Below are positions 28,201 through 41,900 of a DNA stretch of 64,000 nt, one piece after another; positions within the stretch are counted from its first letter, which is position 1, and each line of letters starts with the position of its first letter. The notes beneath the pieces are model-generated. The model was not told where the DNA came from. It ran no database searches and saw only the letters and a list, made by a program, of their open reading frames with translations. Origin of the DNA: the human T2T-CHM13v2.0 reference genome, Homo sapiens; the NCBI GenBank assembly GCA_009914755.4, contig CP086569.2, positions 7,552,001 to 7,616,000 of the forward strand, written 5' to 3'. A program made the position numbers and the translations under genes.

Positions 28201-31200
28201 ATTGACAGTTTGCATCGTATATGTGAGACAGTGACAGTGGTTACTGTCAGGTGGGTGTACATATAAGACTCACAGTTTCACCTTTCTCTTGGGTTCTGTT
28301 CTGAAACTCTTTGTATGAGCCAAGTTCTTTACAAAATATGAGGCTGTTGTAACCTTCCTTGTCTTCTTTTTTACCAGAAAGTGATTCAATCCATTGTGTT
28401 TCTGAAGCAAGTTATAAGGCTCAAAATTACTCCTATTTATGGGTACCACATATAACGGTCATTATCATGCCTGTAAGTTCTGCCTAGGTATATGTAACAA
28501 TTTACTCTGTGATGTGTTACAATATTCTCCTTGTAGGCAAAGTCCTGGCAGAAAAGTTGTATCACCTGGGGGTTACACCCATATATATGGCACAATGCCC
28601 CTTTTGGCACAGTCTCCAGACAGAAGAAGAGACTCATATCACCTATATGCTAGGCCCAGTGATATGTCAAAATGTCTCATGTTAAAGGGATCAGGCAAGA
28701 GAGTCATATCATTTGGATGGCATGCTTAGAAACACTATAATCCCCAGTGGAAGGAGGGTCCAGACAGGAGAGGAGAGTGAGATAACTAGATGGATGATGA
28801 GTCCAGTGCCTTCCTGAGGATACTGTTGAGACAGGAGAGTCAAATCGTCAAGGTGCTCAGCTGAGGAATATATCCAAATATCATTTGTGGGCAACATTTA
28901 GGCAGGATTATTAAGCCACTCAAGAGATGGGAAATGAAATATGTCACAATAACACTGGTGGAAAGCTCCAGGAATGGAAGTCTCCATCTTGGATATGACC
29001 TGGCTTCAGTTTTAAGCATCTTGATTGGTCCTCTCATTTGGTGTCAACTATATGGCACTATGTAATCTATAGGCAGAGAGAAAGCAGAAATGTCACATCA
29101 CCTGTGAGGGTGCTCGTCCTGTGAGATGTCACTTTTTTTCTTGTGGCCAGGACCCTGGAATAAAAGGTACATCACCTGGATGTTGATTTTAGTGATATAT
29201 CAAAATTTCTTCTGTGGGCAGGGCTTAAGGTGAGGAGAATCACTTTACCTAGACAATTGGCCTAGATATATGTCACAGTGGCTGCTATGTACAGAACCGA
29301 GGTATGAAAGTGACCTCACCTTGGTGCTGGGTTTATCAATATGTCACAATCTCCCCTGTGGTCAGAGCAAGGCAAGAAGGTAGAAACATCACCTAGGTGC
29401 TGAGCCAAGTGATATGTTACAAAGCTTTCTGTTTGTAGAACACAAAATTTAGTGTCATATTACCTGGGTGTAATATCCAGTTATGTGTCACAATTCACAT
29501 AATTGCAGGCAAAGGCAGTAGAAGTAAGCCACATCACTTATGTGATAGACCTAGATATAAGCCACAGTGCTTTATATAGGCAGGAATCAGGCAAAGAATT
29601 CACATTACCTGGGTGCCTGTCCCAGTGATATGTAAAAGTGCCATTTGTAGGCAGGAACATGTACCTTTTCTTAGGTGTTTGGTCCATGTATATAACAATT
29701 TCATCTCAGGTTATGGCCTAAGAAGGACAGTCAAATTACTCAGGAGCTGGGCTAACTTTTATGCCCTAATCACACACCAGGAAATATTCAAAAGTAAGTT
29801 TCACAGTCCCACACAAGTCCTGGCTTTGTGTACATAAGTAAACACCTCCTGTGAGGTGGGTCAAAACAGAGGAGACACAATCCCAACAATGGGCATAATC
29901 CATGTAAAAGATGGCAAAACCAGTTGATGACTGTCAAGTGGAGATGAGTGTCAAGTGGAGATGAGTGTCAAGTGGGAGAGTCACAGCCTCATATGTGCAC
30001 TGAATTATGCATCCCCAAATCACCTGTAGGTCAGATCAACATATGAGAGGAAAAATTTCATACTTTGACTGCTCTTTTGGTGAGATTTAGTACCTTATTT
30101 GGAGGCCATGTTCTTGTGAGGCAATGACAATTGTGTCTGATGAGTGTGAATCCAATAATCCCAATAGCATTGGGTTGCTGTTCACTGTTATAACACTATG
30201 TATACCTCTCACACTTTATATGATATGCTGGAGTGTCATAATACTGTGTGAACTTTATACCATTAGGAGACTCATTACTTTACTTATGGCTATAAGACTG
30301 GGTAGGAGCATCAAAATATCTCTCCTTTTTGGAGCCAGGTATGATAGTTATATTTGTGCATGGTAGGTGAACACAGGTGTATGTCAAACTTTTACCTGTG
30401 GGCAGAAACATGGCAGGAGAGTCTCATCACCTGGAAGGTGAGCTCAGGATACATTATAATCTCCTTTGCAGGCAGGGCCAAGTCAGAAGAGTCACATCAC
30501 CTGATTACAGCCTCAAGTAATGTGACACCATGTCAAATGTGAACAGGGTTAAAGAAATGGAGGAGAGTCACACAACCTAGATGCTGGGCTCAGCAACATG
30601 GAATAATCCCCATTTTGGCAGAATCTAGAATAAAGAGGAGAATTGCATTACCTAGGTTTTGCATTCAGCATCATGTCACAATTCTTTTAGCCGGCAGGAC
30701 CTAGGCCGCAGAGAAGAGTCACAATTCCTAGATGTTACACCCAGTGATGTCACAATGTTCTTTGGGGAAAAAGCACAAGCAAAATAGACAAATCACCTAG
30801 CAGATAGGCTCAGATATATATAATGTCCCTACCTTGCAGGACTAAGGCAAAAGAGTCACATTATTATGACTGTGACCTAACGATATGTCACAATGCACAC
30901 ATGGCAAACAATTAAGTCAGTTTTTACACCTGGGTACTAGGCCCAGTGATATGACAGAATCTCCTCATCTTTTAGATGACACCTTTAACTGTCAGCTTTG
31001 CGTGTATATAAGTCACATTGTCACATGTGTGCTGAACCATTACATGACACCCTTTAGAACATCTGAAAGTTTTTTACAACATGCATGAGATTTGCTAACT
31101 ACTCTGAGGTCTACATGGTCATATCAACTCTGAATCTTGTATATTGCCTTAAACCCAGACATGATAGTCAACATCTCTCATTTATGCTTAGTTCAGGAAT

Positions 31201-32950
31201 GAGACTTATTTTTATGCCTGTGAGATGGGTCTAAAAATGAGTCACTATTGAGCCTGTGGCAAAATCCCCAAATGAGAATCACAATTCCATCTTTGTACTG
31301 TTTTCACTTGTTAGAGTCAGCATCTCAAAAATGGGCTTTGTAAATGAGGGATGGTGACAACTTTTATTTGCACCTGCCTGTGTAATTGAGAGTCACAATC
31401 TTAAACATTTTGCTGGGCCTTGTGAGGAGAGTCTGTGTACCACCCAAGGAGTTTATACAATATTGATTATTGTTGTATACTTCTGTGAGCTTTGTACAAA
31501 TATGCAACCCAGGATTTTACCTATTGCCTTAAGCCTTGTGATGAGAGATAAAATATCTTCTATTGGCTGAATCAAATGTAAGTTTTACCATCATACCTGT
31601 GAACTGAAGCAAGCTATATTTCATAATCCCATTTCTCGGCAAAAAAGAGTCACATCATGTAGGTGATGTGGCATGTGATGTGGCATGCAGCATGTCACAG
31701 TGACTTCTCTAGGCAGAATATAGAAAGGAGGGTCACATTAACGAGGTGTTGGATCCAACAATATGATGAAATTTTACTTGTAAAACAACGTATCCAAGGG
31801 AAGAAAGCCACAACACTTACAGAATGGACTGAAAATGTGTCAAAATACTCTTTATGGCTCTGGCACTGAGAGGACAGTAGCATCATTAGGGTGCTGGACC
31901 CACCATTATGCAGTAACTCCCTCATTATTCAGGACTCTTGTAGAAGAGTAACATCATCTGACTGCAATAGGTCAAAATTTCCACTTGTGCAAATGGTTTA
32001 GAAAAAAGAAAATAGTCACATACCCTAAATCCTGGTCTCAAAAATATGTCACACTCTCAGCATTTTAAAGGCTGAGGCAGGGGAGGAAAGTCATATCACT
32101 TAGTTCATCAGCTCAGAGATATGTTCCAATGTCCCAGTAGGCAGAACTCAGGCAGAAGAGGCTTCTTTAGGTATAGTCTCAATCCAACACGTGAGCAGAA
32201 ACCAGGCAGAAGAGCCACATCATCTGGGAGCTGGGTCCTAAGATATGTCACAAGTCCCCATTAGGACAGAACCAAGGCAAAAGAGTTACATCACCTTGGT
32301 GTATGTTTCTCTTTTATGTCACAATGCTCTATGTGCATGAGGCCAAAGCATTCAATCCCATTGACTAGTTGATAGGCCCAAGAGATAGGTTACAAAGTCC
32401 TCTGTGAAGCATAGTCCTGGCAAAAGAGTATCATCACCTGTGTGTCTTGCCTAGAAATATGTTACTCTCCAGGTTGTCATCACCCAAGCAGGAGAGCCAC
32501 CTAACCTAAGTGATAGGCATAGAGATGTGTCACAATGTCCTAGTTTGGGCATGACTCTGGCAAACAATACCCACAGCTGTACGCCTGGCTTTACAATATG
32601 TCACTATCCTTCCTTTGTGCAGGATCCGTTCCAGAGATGAGACTTACATCACCTATGAGGTGCACACAAATATATGTCACAATAATTGTGATTGGCATGG
32701 CATAAGCAAGAATGCAACATCAATAGTATGCTAGATCCAGTGATATGTACAATACTTACTGAGAGAAGGGCCCAGGCAGGAGAGTCACATCTCCTTAAGG
32801 TTAGCCTAGGTAGATATCACAGTCCCATATATGCACTGGAACAAGTCTGGAGAGTCAAATTACACTGGTGTTTGCAAAGATTTATATCAGAACCACACTA
32901 TCAGAAAATTCCAAAGATGAGTTTACAGTACAACACATGTCCTGTTTTCA
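28200..32950 (+). repeat. Canonical higher-order repeat copy 2 (~4.75 kb), about 80% identical to copy 1 by inspection of aligned landmark segments
   Basis: Same module order as copy 1 (D at 28200, A at 30080, C at ~30900-31650, next D at 32950). Confidence 0.5.
29932..29985 (+). repeat. Local ~19-bp triplication inside the array (tgtcaagtggagatgag x2 plus tgtcaagtgggagag)
   Basis: Direct reading. Confidence 0.8.
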
Positions 32951-35900
32951 TGTGTGACAATTGACTTCATCCATGAGAGATGATGGCAGTCCTTACTGTC
33001 AGTTGGGTGTGCATACAAGACTCACAATTTCACTTGAGTTGAACCCTGGTTTGACTTTTTCATTATAAACCAAAGACTTTGTAAAATATGTGTGAGTGTT
33101 GTAATCTTCTGTGACATTTGTACAAGAAAGTGATTCAGGACATCCCACATGTCTGTAATCTGAGTTACAAGAGTCAAAATATCATCTATTGGCTGAGTCC
33201 ATATATTAATAAGAGTCATTATTATTCCTGTGAGCCATTCCTAGTTATTTGTTACAATTTCCTCTGTGGTTATGAATCAGGCCAAACAATCACATCACCT
33301 AAATGCTGGGCCAGAAATATCCCATTATTATTTTTTCAGGCAGGGTGCTGTCTGAAATATCACATAACTTGTGTGCTAAATCCAGCTCTGTTGCACAGTG
33401 TTCATTTTGGGATGTGTCTAGGAAGGAGAGGAGAGTCATATAACCTAAAATCTGGGTTCAAACATACATCAAAATGGCTCCTGTTGAGGAGGTCCAAAAC
33501 AGAGAGTCATGTCCTTTGAATGTGGTGATTAGAAATGCTACAATTACTAAAGGAAGCAGGGTACAGGTCAAAGAGGAGAGTTATATGCCTTTGATAATGG
33601 GTCCAGAAATATGTGACTATTCTGCCTGAGGACAGTTTTAGACAGCACAGTCAAATCACCAAGGTGCTTGATGCAGATATTTGTCAAAATCTCATTCATG
33701 GGCTATATCTAGGCAGAATTATTAAGTCACTCAGGAACTGAACTAAAATATATGTCACAATTACACTTGTGGAAAGGTTTAGGAATAAGACTCAACTGTT
33801 GGCTTTCTAAATGTAGGATGGCGGCAACTTTTAATTTCACCTGGGCATGTAATCAAGAGTCCCAATTTGAACTTTTTGCTGGCCCCTGCTATGAAAATTT
33901 CTACAACAAAAGAGTTTATAAAATATAAGTTAGTTGTGTAAGCTTCTGTGAGCTTGCTACAAATATGCAACCTAGGACCTTTCCTATTCCCCAAGCCTAA
34001 GAATGAAAAGCAAAAGATTTTCTATTGGCTGAATCCCAATATGAGTTTCATCATCATGGCTGTGAACTGAAGCAGAGTATATGTTATAATCAAATATGTG
34101 GGCAGAACACTATGCAGAAGGGCAATAGCACTTAGATGTTGTGTTAGGCAATATGTCACAATACCTTCTCTATGCAGGGTGTACAAAATTGAATCACATT
34201 AACTGGGTGCCGGACCCAGAAATTTCATATGTGGAAAAAACCCAGCCAAGTTATGAGAGTCAAAATGCCTACATAATGGGCCCAATATATGTCAAAATAC
34301 ATTCAGTATTAGCAGCACACGCAGAAACATCACATCTTAATGTTGCTGGGCCCAGCTATATGCAATATGCCGTAATTATCTCTTTATGCAGATCCCATGC
34401 AGAAGAGTAACATGATCTGTGTGCTGAGCAACGTTATATGTCAGATTTCTTTTTTGTGGGCATGGTTCAGGAGAAAGTGGAGAGTCACATATCCTGAGTG
34501 CTGGGCTCAGCAAAGTGACAAAATCCTCCTATTGTGAAGGCCCAGGAAGAAAAAGAGAGTCGCATTACTTAGGTTCAGAGATACATCTCAATGCCCCCAG
34601 TAGGCAGAGCTCAGGTAGATGAGGACAGTAATATCACCTATGTTTTTCCCACAGAATATGTCACAGTTTAACATGTAGACAGAAACCAGGTAGAAGCACT
34701 ATATCACTTGTGTGCTGTGTCCTGTGATATGTCATAAGTCTCTCTTAACACAACACCTAGGCAAGAGAGATACATCATACTAGGTGCCGGTCACTTGGTT
34801 ATAACACAATCCTTCATCTGGTTAGGACCCAAGGAGAGAGTTACTACATTTAGGTGATAGGCCCAGAGATATGTCACAGTGTACTGTATGAAGCATAATG
34901 CTGGAAAGAGTACCATCACCTGTGTGCCTGGCCTAGAAATATGTCACTTTCAAGGTTGGAAGGACCCTAGCAGAAGAGCCACATAACATAGATGATAGCC
35001 CCGGAGATATGCCACATTGCCCTCCACTGGTCATCCACAGGATAAGGAGGAAATTTGCCTGTGTGTCAGTCCTTGCAATATGTCACTATTCTTCTGTTGT
35101 GCAGTGTCCATTGCAGAGAGGAGACTCACATCACCTATGAGGTAAACACAGAAATATGTTACAATAATTTTGGTGGTCATGGCCCAAGTAAGGATGTAAC
35201 ATTACCTGGGTGCTATATCCAGTGATATGTCACAATCATTACTGAGAGATAGGACAAGTAAGACAGGAAAGTCATATCACGTAGAGGTTGGCCTAGGTAG
35301 ATATCATAACCCCATATATAAGAAGGGACAGGTCCAGAGAACCAAATTACACAGGTGCTTAGCAAAAATTTACGTCATCATAACACTGTCAGAAAATTCC
35401 AAAGATGAGATTTACAATACCACACATGTCCTGTTTTCATATGTGACAGATCCCTCTGTCTATGTGAGATAAGTTGTCCTTACTTTCAGCTGGGTGTACA
35501 TACAAGACTCACAATTTCACCTATGTGCTGAGTCCTGCTTTGATTTTGTCTGTATAAACCAAAGAGTTTGTAAAATATGTATGAGTGTTGTAATAATTTT
35601 TGACCTTTGTACAAGAAAGAGACAAAGGACACCATGCATGTCCCTAAACTGAGTTCTAAGATTCAAAATATTCTCTATTGACTGAGTCCACATATGACAG
35701 TCATTATCATGGCTGTGAACCATGCATAGGTATATGTTACAATTCCCTCTGCGGTTAAGAAGGAGGCCTAACAGCCACATCACATAAATGCTGGGTCAGA
35801 ATACTCAAATATGCTTTTTGTAGTCAGGGCTGTCTCAGAAATATCACATAACGTGCATGCTATGTCAAGCTCTGTGACACCATACCCCTTGTGGGCAGTG

Positions 35901-38900
35901 TCCAGGCAGGAGAAGAGAGTAATATCACCTAAAGGATGGGCCCAAAATTATGTCAAAATGCTTCCTATTGACAAGGCCCAGGCAAGAGGGTCATATCATT
36001 TGGATGCAGTATTTATAAATACTACAATCACCAACAGAAGCAGGGTACAGTCAGGAGAGGAGAGTCATGTAACCTAGATGAAGCATCCAGAAATATGTTA
36101 CAATATCCCCTGAGGACATTTTAAGATACATCAGTCAAATCACAAAGGTGCTCAGCCAATCTATCTGTCAAAATCTCATTTGCTATACCTAGGCAGAATT
36201 ATTAAATCACTCAGGAGTTAGGCAAATGTATATGTCACAATTAGACTTGTGGAAAGACTTAAGACTAAGAGTCACCATCCTGCACAAGTCCTAGGCTCCA
36301 GTCTTGTGAGTTGTTATTAGGCTTTTGTTTAGGTCTCTGGTATGTGGCCAGAAAAAACACAAGAAAGTCCCATCGCCTACGTGGGTCCAGGTCCAGTGAG
36401 ATGTCACAAATTCAACAAGGGGGCAGGAACCTGTTGTAATAGTTACATTGCATGGATTTCAGTGACATATCAAAATTCCCTATCTGGGCAGGACTTTGGC
36501 AAGAAGGGAGACTCACTTCACCAAGGCAATTGGCCTAGATATATGTCACAATGTCTATTCTGTGCAGTAACAAAGCTGTAGAGAGGCATCACACAGGTGT
36601 TGTGCTCAGGAAATATGTCACAATCTCCTTGTGGCCTGGGCCAAGGCAAAAGCAAAGAAACATCACTTAGGTTCTGAGCCAAGTGATATGTCACAATGCT
36701 TCCTGTTGGCAGAACCCAAAAAGAAGAATCACATCCCCTGAATGCAGTACCCGGTTATTTGTCACAATTCCCTGCAACTGCAGGGCAAAGGAAGAAGTGA
36801 GTAACATCACTTACATGATGGATCTACGTATGTCACAAAATTCTTTTTGTAGGAAGGTTTCAGGCAGATAACTCACATCACCTGGGTGATGGTCCCAGTG
36901 ACATATGTAAAATTTCCCTTTGAAGGCAGAGCCACGATGGATGTTATCTATTGCTTAGCTGCTTGTTCCACATATGGCACAATTACTTCTGTGATCTGGG
37001 CCTAGAAAAGGAGTCAAATTATTCATTTACTGGGCAAAGTCACCTGTCCCAATCACACTCTCATATATGTTCGGAAATAAGTTTCATATCCCACATAAGT
37101 CCTGGTTTTGTGTATGTGAGTTAATTCTTTCTATAAGTTGGGTCAAAATAGAGGATTCAAAATCTCAACAGTGGGCAAGATCCATGTATAAGAGCTGTAA
37201 TCCCACTTGAACATTGTGGTCCAGGAGGGGAGTTACAGCACCACAGACATGCTGAATCCTGGTTCAAATGTTAATGAACCACCTGCGGATCAGGTCCATA
37301 TGTGTGAGTAATTATTTCAAACATCAACAGCTTTTTATGTGTGAGATTTAGTATTTCATTCCTAGGCCCTGTTAATGTGTGACAATGAAAATCATGTCAG
37401 CTAGGTGGGCATTCAAGAGTCACATTCTCACCTGGTTGGTGGCCTCTGTTATGACACTGTTTGCACCATTAAGGCTTTATATGATCTACCTGAGTATTAT
37501 AATCCTTCATGACTTTTATACAAGTGAAAAACACAGGGCTAAACCCATCGCTATGAGAGTCAAAATATCTCTACTGGCTGGCTCCAGTTATGAGAGTTAT
37601 TTTTGTGCATGTGCTCTTAACCTAGTTATATGTCACAATTTCACCTGTAAGAACAGACAAGGCAAAAGAGTCAACTCACCTCGATGCTGAACCAGTGATA
37701 CAGCATAACCTCATTTGCATACTGGGTCTAGTCAGAGGAGTCACTTCACCTAGGTATAGCCTCAAATAGTTTGTCAGCAAGCCTACTATACACAGGGAAG
37801 AAATAAATGAGGACAGTCACTCCACCTAGGTGCTGGACTTTGCAATATATAACAAACCTCTCTCAGAAGAGTTTAGAATGTGGAGGAGAGCCATATAATG
37901 TCAGTTTTTCAATCAGTGGTATATCACAATTTATTTTCTGAGCAAGACCCAGGCAGGAGAGGAGAGTTGCATTACCTAGATGTTAAGTGAAATGATATCT
38001 CAAAATGTCTTCTGGGGGATGGACACTGACAGAAAAGAAAAATCAGAAAAGAAAAATCATCTTGCTTATAGACCCCAAGATGTGTGATAATATCCCCTCT
38101 TGGCAGGATCAAGACAGAACAGTCACAGTATGATTCTAACATAGTGATATGTCACAATGCACCCAAAGAAATGAATTTAGGCCAAATAGTCTCAACACCT
38201 AAGTACTAGACCTATTCATACACCAATTCCCCTTGTCTTTGAGGGTGACCCTATAAACTCTGAGCTAGTGTACATATGGGAGTAACAATCTTGCATGTTT
38301 CCTGGGCCATTGTATGAAACTCTACAATATTCAAAAGCATTATACATCATGCATGAGAGTTTCAAACCACTCTAAGGCCTACATGTTCATATGTACTCAT
38401 GATCTTGCATATTGCCCTAAACCCAGGTATAACAGTCATCATCTCTTCTCTAGGCTGGGTTAGAAGTGAGACCCATTTTTATGCCTGTGAGCTGGATCTA
38501 GAAATAAGTCACAATTCCACCTGTGGATAGATCCATATACGAAGGTCATACTTCCAACTTTGTACTACATTCATTTGTAAAACTCAGGTTCTTAACAGTG
38601 ACCTTTGGACATAAAGAATGATGACAACACTTGCTTTTACCTGGGTATGTAATCAAGAGTCTCAAACTGAAATTTTTTTTGGTCCCTGTCACCAAAATCT
38701 CTATACCATCAAAGGAGTTCATACATTATGAGTTAGAATTGTAAAGCTCTGTGAGCTTGGCACAATTATGCAAACTAGTACTTTGTCTATTGCCCTAGGC
38801 CTAGTGATGAAAGGTAAAATATCTCATATTGGCTGAATCACAATATAATCCCAATATAAGTTTGACCATCATGACTGTGAACTGAAGCCATAGTCGCATT

Positions 38901-41900
38901 TGTGTGGAAAAAAAAAAAACAAAAACTGGGCCAGAGGGTAACAACACTTAGGTGCTATGCCAAGCAACATGTCACAATATCCCCTCTAGGTAAGGTATAG
39001 GACTTAGAATCACAGTAACTGGGTTCTGGACTCAGCAATATGACACAATCCATTATGTTGGAAAAAAAAAAAAAACAGCAAAAAGTTGAGAGCCAAAACA
39101 CCTATATAATTGGCCCCTGCTCTGTGAAAATACCTTCTGTGGCTCCAGCACAGTCATGAGTTTTACATTATCAGGGTGCTGGGCCCAGCAGTATGTCATA
39201 ATATTCTCTACATACATAACGCATGTAAAAAGAGTAACATTATCTGGGTGCTGGGCCCTGCAAGAGGTCAAAATTTCTGTTTGTGGGCATGATTTGAGAA
39301 AAAAAAAAGGTAAATCAGATAACCTGATTATTAGGCTGAGCAGTCTTTCACAATCCCTCCACTGTAAAGACCAGGCAGAAAAAAAGAGTCACTTTCCTTA
39401 GTTCATGGACTCAGATATATGTCCCAGTATCCCAAGTGGAGAGGGCCCAGGCAGAAAGGGAGTGTCATATCACTTAAATGCTTCACTAGTTATATGTGAA
39501 AATCTTAACTGTGGGCAGAAACCAGTCAGAAGACCCACATCATCTGGGTACAACCAGAAGTAATATCTCATGATCTCCACTATAGATAGGATTTTTTTAA
39601 AAAAAATAATGACACCATCACGTGGGTGCTGTGCTCACCAATATGTAATAATTCCCTCTCTTGACAGACTCAAGTACAAAAAGGTGATTTATGTCACATA
39701 GGTTTTGCACTCAAGGGTATATCACAGTTTTTTCAGTGAGGAGGATCCAGGCAAGAGAAATGAGTCACGTTACCTAGATTCTAAATCTAGTAATATGTTG
39801 CAGTTTCTCTTCTCAGCAGTGTAATGTCAGGAGAGACATATTACATAGTCAATAGGCCCAGAGATATGTGAAAATATCCTCTGTTTACAGGGCCCTGGCA
39901 GAAGAGTCACATTATCTTGATTCTGACCTAGAAATTTAAACTAAAAGTTCTCAACACCAGGTACTTGGGCAAGGAATGTGACAAAATATTCTCATCTTTA
40001 AGGGTGATACCATTAAATATTAGCTATTTGTGTATAACAGACTCATAATCTCATGTGTATGCTGGCCATTGTATGACAGTCTCTACGATATCTGAGAATG
40101 TTATACAATATGCATGAGAGTTGCAATCCTCTCTGAGGACTATAGGCATTTACAGACTTATGATTATACATATTGCCCTAAACCCAGCTATGACAGTCAG
40201 CATCTCTCCTATAGGCTGGAGATAGGGATGAGATCATTATTATGACTGTGAGCCAGCTCCAAAAATGAGTCACCATCCCAGCTGTGGCCACATTCCTTCA
40301 TGAAAGTCACAATTCCAACTTTGTGTTGTATTCACTTGATGGACTCAGGATCTCAATAATGGGCTTTGCAAATGTAGGATGGTAAAAACTTATTTTCACC
40401 TGAGTGTGTAGTCAAGAATCATAACCTTAACTGTTTGCTGGGCACTGTTAAGAAACTCTGCACCAACAAGGAAGTTTTTATTACATGAGTTAGTGTTGTA
40501 AACTACTGTGAGTTTTCTAGAAACTTGCAAAGAATAACCTGACCTTTTGACCTAAACATAGTAGTGAGAGGAAAAATATCTCCTATTGGCCAAATCCTGA
40601 CACAAGCTTGATCATCTTACCTTTGGACTTGTTAACATCACTTAGGTTCTTTGTCAAGCAATATGTCATGATGCTCTCTGTAAGCAGTGCCTAGGAAAGA
40701 GGATGACATTAACTGGGGGCTGGAGCCACCAATATAATACAACCACACATGGAAGAAATTCAGCCAAGTGATAAGAGCCCAAATACCTACAAAATGGGCC
40801 AAAGATATGTTAAAATACCGTCTGTGGTCCTGGTACAAGCAAGAAAGTCACATAATTAGGGTTCTAGGCCAAGCAATATGCCACAATTCCCTCTTTATGC
40901 ACAACCTAGGCAGACGAGCAACATCATCTGGGTACTGGGCCCTGAAATAAGGCAAAAGTTCTGTTCGTGGGCATTGTTCAGTTACAAGATGACAGTCACA
41001 TTACCTAAGTGCTGAGCTCATCAATATGTCACAATCTTACCATTGTAAAGGGCCAGACAAAAATAGAGTCACGTCACTTAGGTCATGGGCTCACAAATAT
41101 GGCCCAATGTCACCAGTAGGCAGGTCTCAGACAGAAAAAGTCATATTACTTAGGTGCTTCATTAGCTATATTTCACAATTTAATATGTGGGTGGAAACCA
41201 GGTTGAAAAGCCACATCACCCTGTCCTTGTGGACCATTTTGGAGTGTGTCCAGGCAGTAGAGGAGAGTCATATCAACTAAATCGTGGTCCCAGAGAGATA
41301 TCACAATGCCTCCTCTTTAAAAATCCCAGACTCATGTCATTTAAATGCAGTGCTTAGAAATGCTACACTCCTCACTGGAAACAAGGTTAATGCAGGAGAG
41401 GAGAGTCACATAACATAGACATTGGGTCCAGAGATATGTTATGATCACTTCTGAGAACCTGTTAAGACATGAGACTAAAACCACAAATGTTCTTGGCACA
41501 GGTATAGGTCCAAATGTCATCTGTGTGCTATGACAAGGAATATGTCACAATAACACCTGTGAAAAGGGGCAGGGATGAGAATTATGATGCTGCACATGTC
41601 CTGGCTCTGGGGACAAGTGTAATCATTAGGCTTTTGATCTGGTCTCAGGTAAATGGAACAATATCACCTGTGAACAGGGAGAAAAAAGGAAAGTTCCATC
41701 ACCTTAGTGGATGATAGTCCAGTGAAATATCTCAAATGTCCTTGTGGCTAGGACCCTTGTAGAAGAGTTACATCACCTGGATTCTGGTTTCAGTGATATA
41801 TAAAATCCCGTTGTGAGCAGAACTTAGGCAGGAGTGAAGACAAACTTCTCTATGCAATTGGCCTGAATATATGTCACAATGGCTGCTATGTGTAGGACCA

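Noticed and set aside
33118-33519. 133-aa ORF and other 60-130-aa ORFs scattered through 21-56.5 kb
   Set aside because: They lie in tandem-repeat DNA and are not preserved in paralogous repeat copies. Spurious.
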